This document shows positions 36,584 to 46,326 of a DNA stretch of 64,000 nucleotides, piece after piece. Under the pieces are notes generated by a model, which worked only from the letters and a program-made list of their open reading frames with translations, had not been told where the DNA came from and ran no database searches. Where the stretch lies: the NCBI GenBank assembly GCA_039819285.1, contig JBCBSH010000001.1, positions 402-64,401 of the forward strand, given 5' to 3'. This DNA is from Pseudomonadota bacterium. GTDB lineage: Bacteria; Pseudomonadota; Alphaproteobacteria; DSM-16000; Inquilinaceae. Position 1 is the first letter of the stretch; each line of letters opens with the position of its first letter. The position numbers and the translations under genes are program-made.

Positions 36584-38979
36584 TCCAGGCTGCATTGTTG
36601 GCTCTTCTGTCTCACTGGTGGTGCCATAAGGTGCAGCTTGCGGCCTTGATGATCGGGCTGGCCCTCGCCACCGGCCTTTGGACGGGTGTCCAGGCGATCA
36701 ACCAGGAGGCGCGGTCCAGCTATGACGCGGCCGCATCGGTGCTGGGCCAGGACCAGCTTGACCGGCTGCAGCGGGCTGACGGCGCATCGATCGCGCTGCA
36801 GGCTTTCGTCGACCTGCGCCGCGCCGGCTGGCTGGTCTCTCCGGTCGTCGAGGGGGAGGTGCGGATCGGGGGCGCCCGCCTGCGCGTTTTAGGGATCGAC
36901 CCGCTGACGGCGCCACCGGCGGCCGCTGCGGTGGACTTGACCGGTGACGGCGATCTGGCGGCCTTCATCGGCGACGACAGGCTGGTTTTCGTCAATCCTG
37001 AGACCGCAGGAAGGCTGCCCTCGGATCACCTGACTGTCCGCCGGTCGGATCATCTTCCTCCCGGCGTGGCGATCGCCGATATCTCGACCGCTTGGTCGCT
37101 GTTGGACATGGAGGGCTTCTCTCACCTTCTGCTGTGGCCGGAACAGCCGCTTGGCGTTCCGCCGCTCGAAGATGCAGCACCCGACCTTGTCCGGATCGCC
37201 GCGGATGGTGCGAATGACGTCGGCCGCCTCACGGACAGCTTTCACTTGAACCTAACGGCGTTCGGCCTGCTTTCCTTTGTGGTCGGACTGTTCATTGTCC
37301 ATTCGGCCGTCGGCCTTGCCTTCGAACAGCGGCGGCCGATGTTCCGCACCCTGCGCGCGCTGGGTCTGCCGGCCCGGCATCTTGTCGCTCTGCTGGGTGG
37401 TGAAATGCTGATCCTCGCATTGATCGGCGGCGCGCTGGGCATTGTGATCGGCTATTTTGTCGCCGCCATCCTGCTGCCCGACGTCGCGGCCACGTTGCGC
37501 GGCCTTTACGGGGCCGAAGTCTCCGGCACCCTGCGGCTCGATCCGGGTTGGATCTTGGCCGGCTTTGGCATCGCGCTGGTCGGTACGGCGGTTGCATCCG
37601 CCCAAAGCCTCTGGCGGTTGGCGCGCCTGCCAGTGCTTGCACCGGCCCAGCCGCGGGCCTGGTCGATCGCCACGGCTCGCAGCCTGGCCCTCCAGGCCGG
37701 ACTTGGGTCTGCCTTACTGCTCGTTGCTGCCATTCTGGCCCTGTTTGGTCACGGCCTGCTGTCGGGCTTTGGGATCCTGGCCACCTTGCTTTTGGGCGCC
37801 GCTCTCCTGCTGCCGGCGGTGTTGATGGCGCTGCTGAAGCTTGGGGCCAGCTTTGCCCGGAGGCCCTTGGCGGAGTGGATTTGGGCCGACACGCGCCAGC
37901 AGGTTCCCGGCCTGTCGCTGGCGCTGATGGCCCTGTTGCTGGCGTTGGCGGCCAGCATCGGCGTGGGCACCATGGTCTCATCGTTTCGGCTGACTTTCAC
38001 TGACTGGCTGGACCAGCGCCTGGCATCGGAACTCTATGTCACGGCGGGCACGGAGGAAGAGGCGGAAAGGCTACGGGCCTTTCTAGAGCCCTTGGCCGAC
38101 GCCGTGCTGCCGATCCGATCGGTCGAGGCGCAGGTTGCCGGCGCCCCGGCGGAGATCTATGGCATCGTCGATCACGCCACCTACCGGGATCATTGGCCTC
38201 TGCTGCAAGGCCAGGACGATACCTGGGACCGTATCGCAGCCAGTGACGGTGCCTTGATCAACGAGCAGCTTCATCGCCGCGCCGGCCTTTCGATCGGCGA
38301 CGCGGTCACGCTGCCGAACGGCTGGTCGGAGACCGTGGTCGGCGTCTATTCCGACTACGGCAACCCGACAGGCCAGGTGATTGTTGGCTTGGATGCGCTG
38401 GCCGATCGCTATCCGGATCTTGCGCGGCTGCGTCACGCAGTGCGGATCTCACCCGATGACGCGCCCGCGCTGGCCGATCGCATCCGCGACGAATTCGGCT
38501 TTTCGGTTCGCGTGATCAATCAGGACGAGGTCAAGCGCCTGTCGCTCGACGTCTTTGAGCGGACCTTCCTGGTGACGGGGGCACTTACCGTGCTGACGCT
38601 CGGCGTCGCGGCCTTTGCCATCCTGACCAGCTTGCTGACGCTTGCTGCCATGCGGCTGCCGCAACTGGCGCCGGTCTGGGCCCTGGGGCTGACCCGACGG
38701 CGGCTGGCCTGGATCGAGCTGGCCCGCGCGGTCCTGCTGGCGCTCTTGACCTGGCTTGTCGCCGTGCCCCTTGGCCTGCTGCTTGCGTGGCTGCTGCTCG
38801 CGATCGTCAATGTCGAGGCCTTTGGCTGGCGCCTGCCGCTCTTTGTGTTCCCGCTCGATTGGCTGGCCCTTGCCCTGTGGGCGATACTGGCGGCGGCACT
38901 GGCGGCCGCCTGGCCGGCCTGGCGGCTGGCGCGCATCCCGCCCGCCAGACTGCTGCAGGTGTTTGCCCATGAGCGTTAG
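36580..38979 (+). CDS. FtsX-like ABC permease, duplicated (YbbP/AttG-like)
   Basis: The 799-aa protein has two 4-TM FtsX modules separated by large periplasmic loops. Its start overlaps the ATPase stop (ATGA). Confidence 0.8.
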   Translation: MIQAALLALLSHWWCHKVQLAALMIGLALATGLWTGVQAINQEARSSYDAAASVLGQDQLDRLQRADGASIALQAFVDLRRAGWLVSPVVEGEVRIGGARLRVLGIDPLTAPPAAAAVDLTGDGDLAAFIGDDRLVFVNPETAGRLPSDHLTVRRSDHLPPGVAIADISTAWSLLDMEGFSHLLLWPEQPLGVPPLEDAAPDLVRIAADGANDVGRLTDSFHLNLTAFGLLSFVVGLFIVHSAVGLAFEQRRPMFRTLRALGLPARHLVALLGGEMLILALIGGALGIVIGYFVAAILLPDVAATLRGLYGAEVSGTLRLDPGWILAGFGIALVGTAVASAQSLWRLARLPVLAPAQPRAWSIATARSLALQAGLGSALLLVAAILALFGHGLLSGFGILATLLLGAALLLPAVLMALLKLGASFARRPLAEWIWADTRQQVPGLSLALMALLLALAASIGVGTMVSSFRLTFTDWLDQRLASELYVTAGTEEEAERLRAFLEPLADAVLPIRSVEAQVAGAPAEIYGIVDHATYRDHWPLLQGQDDTWDRIAASDGALINEQLHRRAGLSIGDAVTLPNGWSETVVGVYSDYGNPTGQVIVGLDALADRYPDLARLRHAVRISPDDAPALADRIRDEFGFSVRVINQDEVKRLSLDVFERTFLVTGALTVLTLGVAAFAILTSLLTLAAMRLPQLAPVWALGLTRRRLAWIELARAVLLALLTWLVAVPLGLLLAWLLLAIVNVEAFGWRLPLFVFPLDWLALALWAILAAALAAAWPAWRLARIPPARLLQVFAHER

Positions 38980-40030
38980 GGCGGCTCTTGTCGCGTTTCT
39001 GTTGCTGGTCAGTTCGGCCCAGGGACAAGGTTTTGCCGATCTGGGCCGGGATGCGGAAGGGTTTGCTGTGCCCGTGCCCGGCACCGCCTTCGACTTTCCG
39101 CGCGACCACGGGGCGCACCCCGAGTACCGGATCGAATGGTGGTATCTGACGGCGACCCTGACCGGCGCGGATGGCCGAGACTACGGCCTGCAATGGACCC
39201 TCTTTCGCTCCGCCCTTCGCCCCGAAAGCGGTGAGGGGTGGGACACGCCGCAGATCTGGATGGGCCATGCCGGCCTGACGACGGAAGACGCGCATTTTGT
39301 CGCCGAGCGGCTGTCGCGGGGCGGGGTTGGCCAGGCGGGAGTTAGGATCGAACCGTTCGCCGCCTGGATCGACGATTGGCGCATGGAAAGCCAGGCGGGC
39401 GAGGGGGATGATGCGCTTTCCGACCTGACGCTTACTGCCCGTGGCCGGGATTTCGCCTACAATCTCACCCTCTCGGCCAACGGGCCGATCGTCCCGCAAG
39501 GCGATAATGGCTATTCGGTCAAGTCGGCTTCGGGCCAGGCCAGCTTTTATTATTCCCAGCCCTTTTACGAAGTCGTGGGCGTGCTCGACCTGCCGGACGG
39601 CCCCGTCGAAGTCACCGGGCAGGCGTGGCTCGACAGGGAATGGTCGTCCCAGCCTTTGGACGCCGACCAGACCGGCTGGGACTGGTTCTCGCTTCACTTC
39701 GACGACGGCGCGAAGCTGATGGGTTTCGGCCTGCGCGAGGTCGATGGCGATGTCTACACCTCCGCCACTTGGATCGAACCGGACGGCACGCCCACGCCTT
39801 ACGGAGACGGCGCCCTGCGCCTCACACCTCTCGTCACGGACGAAGTCGCGGGCCGCGCTGTTCCCATCGAATGGCGCCTGGAACTGCCCGACCGGGGCGT
39901 CGACATTGCGACCCGTCCGCTGAACCCGCAAAGCTGGATGGACACGCTGTTTCCCTATTGGGAGGGTCCGATCCGCTTTTCCGGCAGCCATGAGGGCAGG
40001 GGATATCTGGAGATGACTGGCTATCAATGA
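38969..40030 (+). CDS. Lipocalin-like / AttH-like (CrtC-fold) secreted protein
   Basis: It has the signal peptide MSVRAALVAFLLLVSSAQG and contains FPRDHGAHPEYRIEWWYLTA and WLDREWSSQ. It overlaps the permease by 11 nt. Confidence 0.75.
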   Translation: MSVRAALVAFLLLVSSAQGQGFADLGRDAEGFAVPVPGTAFDFPRDHGAHPEYRIEWWYLTATLTGADGRDYGLQWTLFRSALRPESGEGWDTPQIWMGHAGLTTEDAHFVAERLSRGGVGQAGVRIEPFAAWIDDWRMESQAGEGDDALSDLTLTARGRDFAYNLTLSANGPIVPQGDNGYSVKSASGQASFYYSQPFYEVVGVLDLPDGPVEVTGQAWLDREWSSQPLDADQTGWDWFSLHFDDGAKLMGFGLREVDGDVYTSATWIEPDGTPTPYGDGALRLTPLVTDEVAGRAVPIEWRLELPDRGVDIATRPLNPQSWMDTLFPYWEGPIRFSGSHEGRGYLEMTGYQ

Positions 40031-40136
40031 TCGCGGCCGGTCGCGCTTTGCATGCCAGAGCCCCCGACATTTCGGTTCGCTGGCGCTCGTGACGATGTAG
40101 GATCGTCGGCCGCCACACGGACAGGAGAGACCGATA

Positions 40137-41948
40137 ATGCCAGCCGACGAAGCCGCCAGGCCCAAGCTTCGCAGCCAGCTTTGGTTTGACAATCCCGACA
40201 ATCCGGGCATGACCGCGCTCTACATCGAACGCTATCTGAACTTCGGTCTGACACGGGGAGAGCTGCAGTCGGGCAAGCCGATCATCGGCATCGCGCAGAC
40301 GGGGTCGGACCTGTCGCCCTGCAACCGCCACCATCTCGACCTGGCCAAACGGGTGCGCGAGGGCATCGTGTCGGCCGGCGGCATTTGCTTTGAGTTTCCG
40401 GTGCATCCGATTCAGGAGACGGGCAAACGCCCGACGGCGGCCCTGGACCGCAATCTGGCCTATCTCGGCCTGGTCGAGACCCTGTTCGGCTACCCGATCG
40501 ACGGCGTCGTCTTGACCACCGGCTGCGACAAGACCACGCCCGCCTGCCTGATGGCGGCGGCAACCGTGAACCTGCCCGCGATCGTGCTGTCCGGCGGGCC
40601 GATGCTGAACGGCTATTGGCACGGGCAGCGCACGGGCTCCGGCACCGTGGTGTGGGAGGCGCGCGAGCGGTTGGCGGCCGGCGAGATCGATTATGAAGGC
40701 TTCATGGAGATCGTGGCGTCCTCCGCCCCCTCGATCGGCCATTGCAACACCATGGGTACGGCGTCGACCATGAACGCCTTGGCCGAGGCCCTGGGCATGT
40801 CGCTGCCCGGCTGTGCCGCCATCCCGGCACCCTATCGCGAGCGGGGCCAGATGGCCTACGAGACCGGCCGGCGGGCCGTCGAGCTGGTGCACGAGGATCT
40901 CAAACCCAGCGACGTCATGACCCGCCAGGCGTTTGAAAATGCCATCCTGGTCAACTCGGCCATCGGCGGGTCGACCAACGCCCCGATCCATCTCAACGCC
41001 GTCGCCCGGCATCTGGGCGTGACGCTGAACAATGACGATTGGCAGGCGATCGGGCTCGACATCCCTCTGTTAGCCAACATCCAGCCGGCGGGCACCTATC
41101 TGGCGGAGGAGTTTCATCGCGCCGGCGGCGTACCGGCCGTGGTCGCTGAACTGATGCGGCAAGGCAAGATCCGTGAGCAGGCCATGACCGTCAGCGGCCG
41201 CACCATGGGCCAGAATTGCCGCAACGCGGACATCGACGATGACGACGTCATCCGCCGCTATGACAATCCGCTGCAAGAGCGGGCCGGCTTCATCAACCTG
41301 AAGGGCAACCTGTTCGACAGCGCAATCATGAAGACCAGTGTGATTTCCGATGAGTTTCGCGCGCGTTACCTGTCAAACCCGGGCGATCCCGACGCTTTTG
41401 AGGGCGAGGCGGTCGTGTTTGAAGGGCCGGAGGACTATCACGACCGCATCGACGACCCCGCGCTGGGCATCGACGAGCATACCATGCTGTTCATCCGGGG
41501 TGCCGGGCCGATCGGCTATCCCGGCGGCGCGGAGGTCGTGAACATGCGCCCGCCCGCCTATCTGTTGGAACGCGGCGTTCACGCGCTGCCCTGCATCGGC
41601 GATGGGCGCCAGTCCGGCACGTCCGGGTCGCCGTCGATCCTGAATGCGGTGCCGGAGGCGGCCTTGAATGGCGGTCTGGCTGTGCTGCAAACCGGCGATC
41701 GGGTGCGCATCGACTTGAAAGCGTACCGCGCCGACATCCTGATCGACGACGACGAGTTGGCGCGACGGCGCGCGGCGCTGATGGCCGACGGCGGCTTCAA
41801 GATCCCGGATCATCAGACGCCATGGCAGGAAATCCAACGCCAGCACGTCGCCCAGTTCGACGAGGGCATGGTGCTGAAACCCGCGATCAACTACCGCGAC
41901 GTGGCCCACAAGAACGGGCCGTTGACGGTGCCGCGCCACAACCATTGA
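40137..41948 (+). CDS. IlvD/Edd family dehydratase (sugar-acid dehydratase-like)
   Basis: It contains [21 protein letters not shown] and [12 protein letters not shown]. Confidence 0.85.
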   Translation: MPADEAARPKLRSQLWFDNPDNPGMTALYIERYLNFGLTRGELQSGKPIIGIAQTGSDLSPCNRHHLDLAKRVREGIVSAGGICFEFPVHPIQETGKRPTAALDRNLAYLGLVETLFGYPIDGVVLTTGCDKTTPACLMAAATVNLPAIVLSGGPMLNGYWHGQRTGSGTVVWEARERLAAGEIDYEGFMEIVASSAPSIGHCNTMGTASTMNALAEALGMSLPGCAAIPAPYRERGQMAYETGRRAVELVHEDLKPSDVMTRQAFENAILVNSAIGGSTNAPIHLNAVARHLGVTLNNDDWQAIGLDIPLLANIQPAGTYLAEEFHRAGGVPAVVAELMRQGKIREQAMTVSGRTMGQNCRNADIDDDDVIRRYDNPLQERAGFINLKGNLFDSAIMKTSVISDEFRARYLSNPGDPDAFEGEAVVFEGPEDYHDRIDDPALGIDEHTMLFIRGAGPIGYPGGAEVVNMRPPAYLLERGVHALPCIGDGRQSGTSGSPSILNAVPEAALNGGLAVLQTGDRVRIDLKAYRADILIDDDELARRRAALMADGGFKIPDHQTPWQEIQRQHVAQFDEGMVLKPAINYRDVAHKNGPLTVPRHNH

Positions 41949-41972
41949 CGGCGGAGATAGAGGGCAAGTGGT

Positions 41973-42911
41973 GTGACCATCGATGTGCTGATGACGGTAC
42001 CGTTCCAGCCGTCCTGTGAAGAGGCGCTGGACCGCACCTACACGCTTCACCGGCTTTGGCAGCAGGCGGATGCGCAAGACTTCCTTGAACGATCCGGCCG
42101 GGGCATCCGCGCCGTGGCAACCGATGGTGCCTTCGGCTGCCCTGCTTGGGTGATGGACCTGTTGCCCGATCTGGAGATCATCGGGAATTTCGGGGTTGGA
42201 TACGACTCAGTCGACATCCCGGCCGCGAAGGACAGAGGCATCGTCGTTACCAACACGCCCGACGTGCTGAACGACGCGGTGGCGGAAATGGCCATCGGCC
42301 TGATGCTGGCGCTGGGCCGTCAAATCGCGACTGCCGATCGGTTCATACGCGCTGGCCGCTGGCTCGAAGGCAATCACCCGCTGACGCGGGAGTTTCGGGG
42401 CAGCACGGTCGGCATCGTCGGGCTGGGCCGTATCGGCAAGGAAATCGCGGTCCGCGCGAACGCGATGAAGGCGACCGTGGTCTATCACGGCAGGTCTCAG
42501 CAACCGGGCGTTCCTTACCGCTATTTCGCCGATCTGGCCGCGATGGCCGCCGAGTGCGATTGGCTTGTCGTCGCCGTCCCAGGTGGGGTTGGTACGCAGG
42601 GGCTGGTGTCGCGCGACGTGCTGGCGGCCTTGGGCCCCGACGGCATGGTCGTCAATGTCGCCCGCGGCTCGGTCGTCGATCAGCACGCGCTGGTCGAGCT
42701 GCTGCAATCGGGCGCGCTGGCCGGTGCCGCGCTCGACGTCTTTGCCGACGAGCCCAACGTGCCGCCGGACCTGTTCGGCATGGACCATGTCGTGATGTCG
42801 CCGCACATCGCCAGCGCGACCCACCGCACAAGGTGGGAAATGGGCGACCTTGTCGTCCGAAACCTGGCCGCCCATTTCGCCGGTGAAAGCTTGCTGACGC
42901 CGGTTACCTGA
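41973..42911 (+). CDS. D-isomer-specific 2-hydroxyacid dehydrogenase (glyoxylate/hydroxypyruvate reductase-like)
   Basis: It has the NAD motif VGIVGLGRIGKEIA, NVARGSVVD and the catalytic SPHIAS. Confidence 0.85.
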   Translation: MTIDVLMTVPFQPSCEEALDRTYTLHRLWQQADAQDFLERSGRGIRAVATDGAFGCPAWVMDLLPDLEIIGNFGVGYDSVDIPAAKDRGIVVTNTPDVLNDAVAEMAIGLMLALGRQIATADRFIRAGRWLEGNHPLTREFRGSTVGIVGLGRIGKEIAVRANAMKATVVYHGRSQQPGVPYRYFADLAAMAAECDWLVVAVPGGVGTQGLVSRDVLAALGPDGMVVNVARGSVVDQHALVELLQSGALAGAALDVFADEPNVPPDLFGMDHVVMSPHIASATHRTRWEMGDLVVRNLAAHFAGESLLTPVT

Positions 42912-43404
42912 CCGTCTCTTTTGCCGAATCCGGTGCCGAGGGGCCGACTGAGCCAAGCCAGTGTCGCCGTTCGCGCGCCAGACGTCGCAGTGCCGCGAAT
43001 GGCGGTTCGTCCGCCTTCACCGAGCTGTTTGCCGCCGACGCAACGGTTTCCACCGGCAACTCGCCGCCATCAGAGCCATACATGACAACCCAGGTCTCGA
43101 AATCGTCGGTGAAGTTCTCGAACCGGTGGACCGCCCCAGCCGGGGCAAAGATCGCATCGCCTGGGCCGAAAGCAAACCGTGCCAGGGCGTCCTCGCTGTC
43201 ACCGATGGCGAATGTGCCCGAGCCGGCGACAACGACGTAGACCTCGTCCTGCTCGTGCACCGGCTGGTGATCGATGCCGCGTGGCTGGTAGAGAAAGAGC
43301 TTTAGCGTACCGCGTTCCCGCATCAGCGCCGCCGGCAGCCCGAAAGGGGCCGTGCCGTGGGCGAGACCGTCATGGATGGCGCGGCGCGCGTCGTGGATTT
43401 GCAT
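42904..43404 (-). CDS. Cupin domain protein
   Basis: It contains HEQDEVYVVVAGSG...PGDAIFAPAGAVHRF. The internal ATG at 43404 is chosen as the start. Confidence 0.65.
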   Translation of the reverse strand: MQIHDARRAIHDGLAHGTAPFGLPAALMRERGTLKLFLYQPRGIDHQPVHEQDEVYVVVAGSGTFAIGDSEDALARFAFGPGDAIFAPAGAVHRFENFTDDFETWVVMYGSDGGELPVETVASAANSSVKADEPPFAALRRLARERRHWLGSVGPSAPDSAKETVR

Positions 43405-43660
43405 CACTGTTCCAGGAATGATTGCGTCTGGTCGACGGCTGGCTGAGACCGAGGCCATTTCCGGCTCCTTAATGAGATCCGAACGAGTTGCAGGAACATG
43501 AACACTGTCCCGCGTACGGATATGTCGCGACTAAGCGGTCCCAGACAAGAACCACATGTGGCACGAATAGTGGGTCCAATCTGAGTGGGAGCCGAACGCC
43601 CGCGAGGTGCCCAAAAGACGGTAGGGCTGGTGCATTGGCCGAGCCGCTCAAGCCGACTGG

Positions 43661-44194
43661 TCAGCCCCGTTGTCGGGAGGTTCGCAGCGCGCCCAGAAAG
43701 CTGTCCACCGCCCTTACGTTGGTTAAGTGAACGACGCGGACATGTGGCGGCGGGGCCCCGGCCATGGCCTGGATCTTGGCGCGGGTCGGTCGCCGGCTGC
43801 GTAAGATGTAAGCCAGAAAGCGCAGCATCTCGATATTCAAGCGTTCCGGACAACCTTCCGGAAGATCCGGCCGGCTGCGGCCGCGATAGCGGAGGGTGCG
43901 CCTGATAACCCGCAACAGGCGGAGCGTTACCGGCAAATCGAGCCAGATAAGGGTATCGGCCCGCGCGAGACGTTCCGCATAGGTCCGCGAATGGCCGCCT
44001 TCGAAGATCCAGGCCTCGCGCCCATGCACCTCGCGGGTCATGCGGTCCTTCTCGGACTTGGGCCGCTCGACCCATCCCGGCATGTGGTGGATATGGTCCA
44101 TGTGAAAGACCGGCAACCCGGTAAGGGGGCCGAGCGCACGCGCAAGGGTGCTTTTGCCCGAACCTGGCCCGCCGACAATCATGACGCGCTTCAT
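43661..44194 (-). CDS. P-loop kinase (adenylate kinase / topology-modulation FlaR-like)
   Basis: It begins MKRVMIVGGPGSGKSTLA (Walker A). Its 177-aa size fits this family. Confidence 0.7.
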   Translation of the reverse strand: MKRVMIVGGPGSGKSTLARALGPLTGLPVFHMDHIHHMPGWVERPKSEKDRMTREVHGREAWIFEGGHSRTYAERLARADTLIWLDLPVTLRLLRVIRRTLRYRGRSRPDLPEGCPERLNIEMLRFLAYILRSRRPTRAKIQAMAGAPPPHVRVVHLTNVRAVDSFLGALRTSRQRG

Positions 44195-44322
44195 CGCTAT
44201 GCTCGCGAACGGTTGTATCGACCGTTGCCGGCGTCCAACTATTTCAAGGGTCGAGTATCGAGTCGGGCCCGGACCGGCCGGCAGTTAGCAAGCCGCCGGC
44301 TTGTTTGCAACAGGAGGACGCA

Positions 44323-44772
44323 ATGATGAACGCCTTGAAGAAGGCCCGCGCGGTGGGCATCAACCATATCGCTCTGGAGGTCGGCGACATTGACGAGGCG
44401 CTGGACTTCTACGGCGGGTTTCTGGAGTTCACCTTGCGTTCGAAAAGCACCGGCATGGCGTTCATCGATCTGGGCGACCAGTTCATCGCCTTGTCGAGGG
44501 GACGGTCGCAACCCGGAGATGACGAGCGCCATTTCGGCCTCGTCGTCGACGACAAGGAGGCCGTGCGCAGGGTGCTGGAGGACATGGGCGTCGAGATCGT
44601 CTCAAGCCGCTTCCTGGACTTCTACGACCCCTGGGGCAACCGCATCGAAATCGTCGGCTACGACAACATCCAGTTTTCGAAGACGGAAGGCGTTTTGCGC
44701 GGCATGGGGCTCGACGGCCTCGGCAAGACGGAAAAGGCGATGAAGGAGTTGGCGGACAAGGGGATGGGGTGA
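44323..44772 (+). CDS. VOC (glyoxalase/bleomycin-resistance) family protein
   Basis: It contains INHIALEVGDIDEALDFY...HFGLVVDD. AGGAGG lies 5 nt upstream of the ATG at 44323. Confidence 0.75.
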   Translation: MMNALKKARAVGINHIALEVGDIDEALDFYGGFLEFTLRSKSTGMAFIDLGDQFIALSRGRSQPGDDERHFGLVVDDKEAVRRVLEDMGVEIVSSRFLDFYDPWGNRIEIVGYDNIQFSKTEGVLRGMGLDGLGKTEKAMKELADKGMG

Positions 44773-44898
44773 GGCCCAGGACGTGATATCGAAAAGGGAA
44801 GTTTGCTTCACGTTGGCGAATCAACGCTAGAAACCTGAGCACATAGCCGACCAAAGCAAGTCTTGTTGTGTGTCTCGCGGCGCGCCAGCATCGCGATC

Positions 44899-45666
44899 GT
44901 GTGCACCGCGACGTCAAATGGCCGCATCCGCGACGTGATGGAAAACGTCGTCACTGGCGAGATCAAGCGGGTGCTGCAGAAGAGGCGAACGCGTGAGCGC
45001 CCGGATGCTGATGATGAGCCCGAATTCGGCTCGTTCCGCGACGGGCCAGACGAAGAGCACACCATCTTACGCGGTATGCCGGATGGCAGCATCCACGCCG
45101 ACCCGGCCGTTTTTGGCCTGCGGTTTGGCGCGGCTCGCGAGCAAGGCCGAGTTATCCCACGGCTCAATGCCCGAGCCGAAGGTCTGACCACGACATTTCC
45201 CTGGCGGTTTCTGCAAGGCGCGCGATGTCTGAAGATCGCGGACGGATTCTATGAGCCGGAGAAGGTCCAAGGCTCCAAGGAGAAGGTTGCGTGGTCGTTC
45301 TATCAGCGAAGGTCCAGGTCCGGCGATCTTGACGATGCGCGCCCGTTTTTCATCGCCGGTCTTTGGAACGAGTTCGTCACGCCTGACGGCGAGGTCGTAC
45401 TCACATACGCGCTGATCACGGTTGAGGCTAACGAGGCCATCCGCGTGCACGATCGTATGCCGGCCATCATCCCGATCGAAGACGACCAGGCCGCAATGCG
45501 TTGGCTTTTCGATCCCGACTGGCCACTGGATCTGCTGAAGCCCTATCCGGCGGAGGATATGGAGGGTTGGCGCGTATCGGATGCCGCAAAACGATCGCGG
45601 CCGAGGCAGGGTCGGTATCTGATCGAGCCCGTGACCGACGAACCCGATCAAGGGAGTCTTCTGTAG
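44899..45666 (+). CDS. SOS-response-associated peptidase (SRAP/YedK family)
   Basis: It contains NARAE, CLKIADGFYE, FFIAGLW, LITVEANEAIRVHDRMPAIIP and a C-terminal WRVS...IEPV. The GTG at 44899 places the obligatory Cys at residue 2 (MCTAT...). Confidence 0.75.
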   Translation: MCTATSNGRIRDVMENVVTGEIKRVLQKRRTRERPDADDEPEFGSFRDGPDEEHTILRGMPDGSIHADPAVFGLRFGAAREQGRVIPRLNARAEGLTTTFPWRFLQGARCLKIADGFYEPEKVQGSKEKVAWSFYQRRSRSGDLDDARPFFIAGLWNEFVTPDGEVVLTYALITVEANEAIRVHDRMPAIIPIEDDQAAMRWLFDPDWPLDLLKPYPAEDMEGWRVSDAAKRSRPRQGRYLIEPVTDEPDQGSLL

Positions 45667-45766
45667 CGTCGCGAACCAGTGGCACAGCGCGCCCTAAGGT
45701 CTCTTTCAAAAACCTGCTAGAACGAGGGCCGAACGGCCAGTTAGGCGCCAATGATTGGGGGTGGGG

Positions 45767-46306
45767 ATGCATCGTCTGGTGAAGATCGGCAGGTTTGTGA
45801 AACGCGGGTTTCTGAAGATTCTGCCGATCACGGTCTTCTTTATCGTCGGCCTCAACCTGATCGCGGTTTCGAAGCATCTGGTGCTGGCAGAGCCGGGGGT
45901 CGTCTATGAGGGCCTGGCGACGGCAACGTTGGGCGCCCTCCTGATCGCCAAGATCGTCGTGGTGGTGGACAAACTGCCGATCATGCGCTTCTTCGGCGGC
46001 CGGCCGCTCTACCAGACGATCCTGTTGAGGGCCATCTTCTACTCGCTGTGCGTGTTTGCGTTCCGCTGGGTGGAGATGCTGATCGGCCACTGGATCGAAG
46101 CGGGAGACTTCAGTGCTGGTCTCGGTAGCGCGCAGACGATGTTGCTATGGAATCACGTGGTCTTTCTGCAGATTTGGACCATTGTCTTGTTCCTGGTCTA
46201 CCTGACGGTTACAGAGCTGCTCGACGCCGTCGGCGATGAGTCGAGACTTCAAACCCTCTTCCTGCGCCGCTCGCGACAGCGCGTGGCGAAGCATGAACAG
46301 GGCTGA
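45767..46306 (+). CDS. Hypothetical integral membrane protein (about 4 TM)
   Basis: Its hydrophobic segments include ILPITVFFIVGLNLIAV, LATATLGALLIAKIVVVV, ILLRAIFYSLCVFAF and VVFLQIWTIVLFLVYL. Confidence 0.55.
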   Translation: MHRLVKIGRFVKRGFLKILPITVFFIVGLNLIAVSKHLVLAEPGVVYEGLATATLGALLIAKIVVVVDKLPIMRFFGGRPLYQTILLRAIFYSLCVFAFRWVEMLIGHWIEAGDFSAGLGSAQTMLLWNHVVFLQIWTIVLFLVYLTVTELLDAVGDESRLQTLFLRRSRQRVAKHEQG

Positions 46307-46326
46307 CGGCCGTCTCCCGAACTTCG

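Noticed and set aside
38807-41012. 467-aa and 392-aa minus-strand ORFs opposite the AttH-like and IlvD/Edd genes.
   Set aside because: They are shadow ORFs. The sense-strand products carry clear family motifs.
43405-43660. A 256-nt gap, checked for a tRNA or sRNA and for an EcfG-type promoter (GGAAC-N15-CGTA at about 43493).
   Set aside because: It has no tRNA-like T-arm or acceptor. The promoter-like element has the wrong spacing and -10 (CGTA, not CGTT), and it points into the 3' end of a convergent gene.
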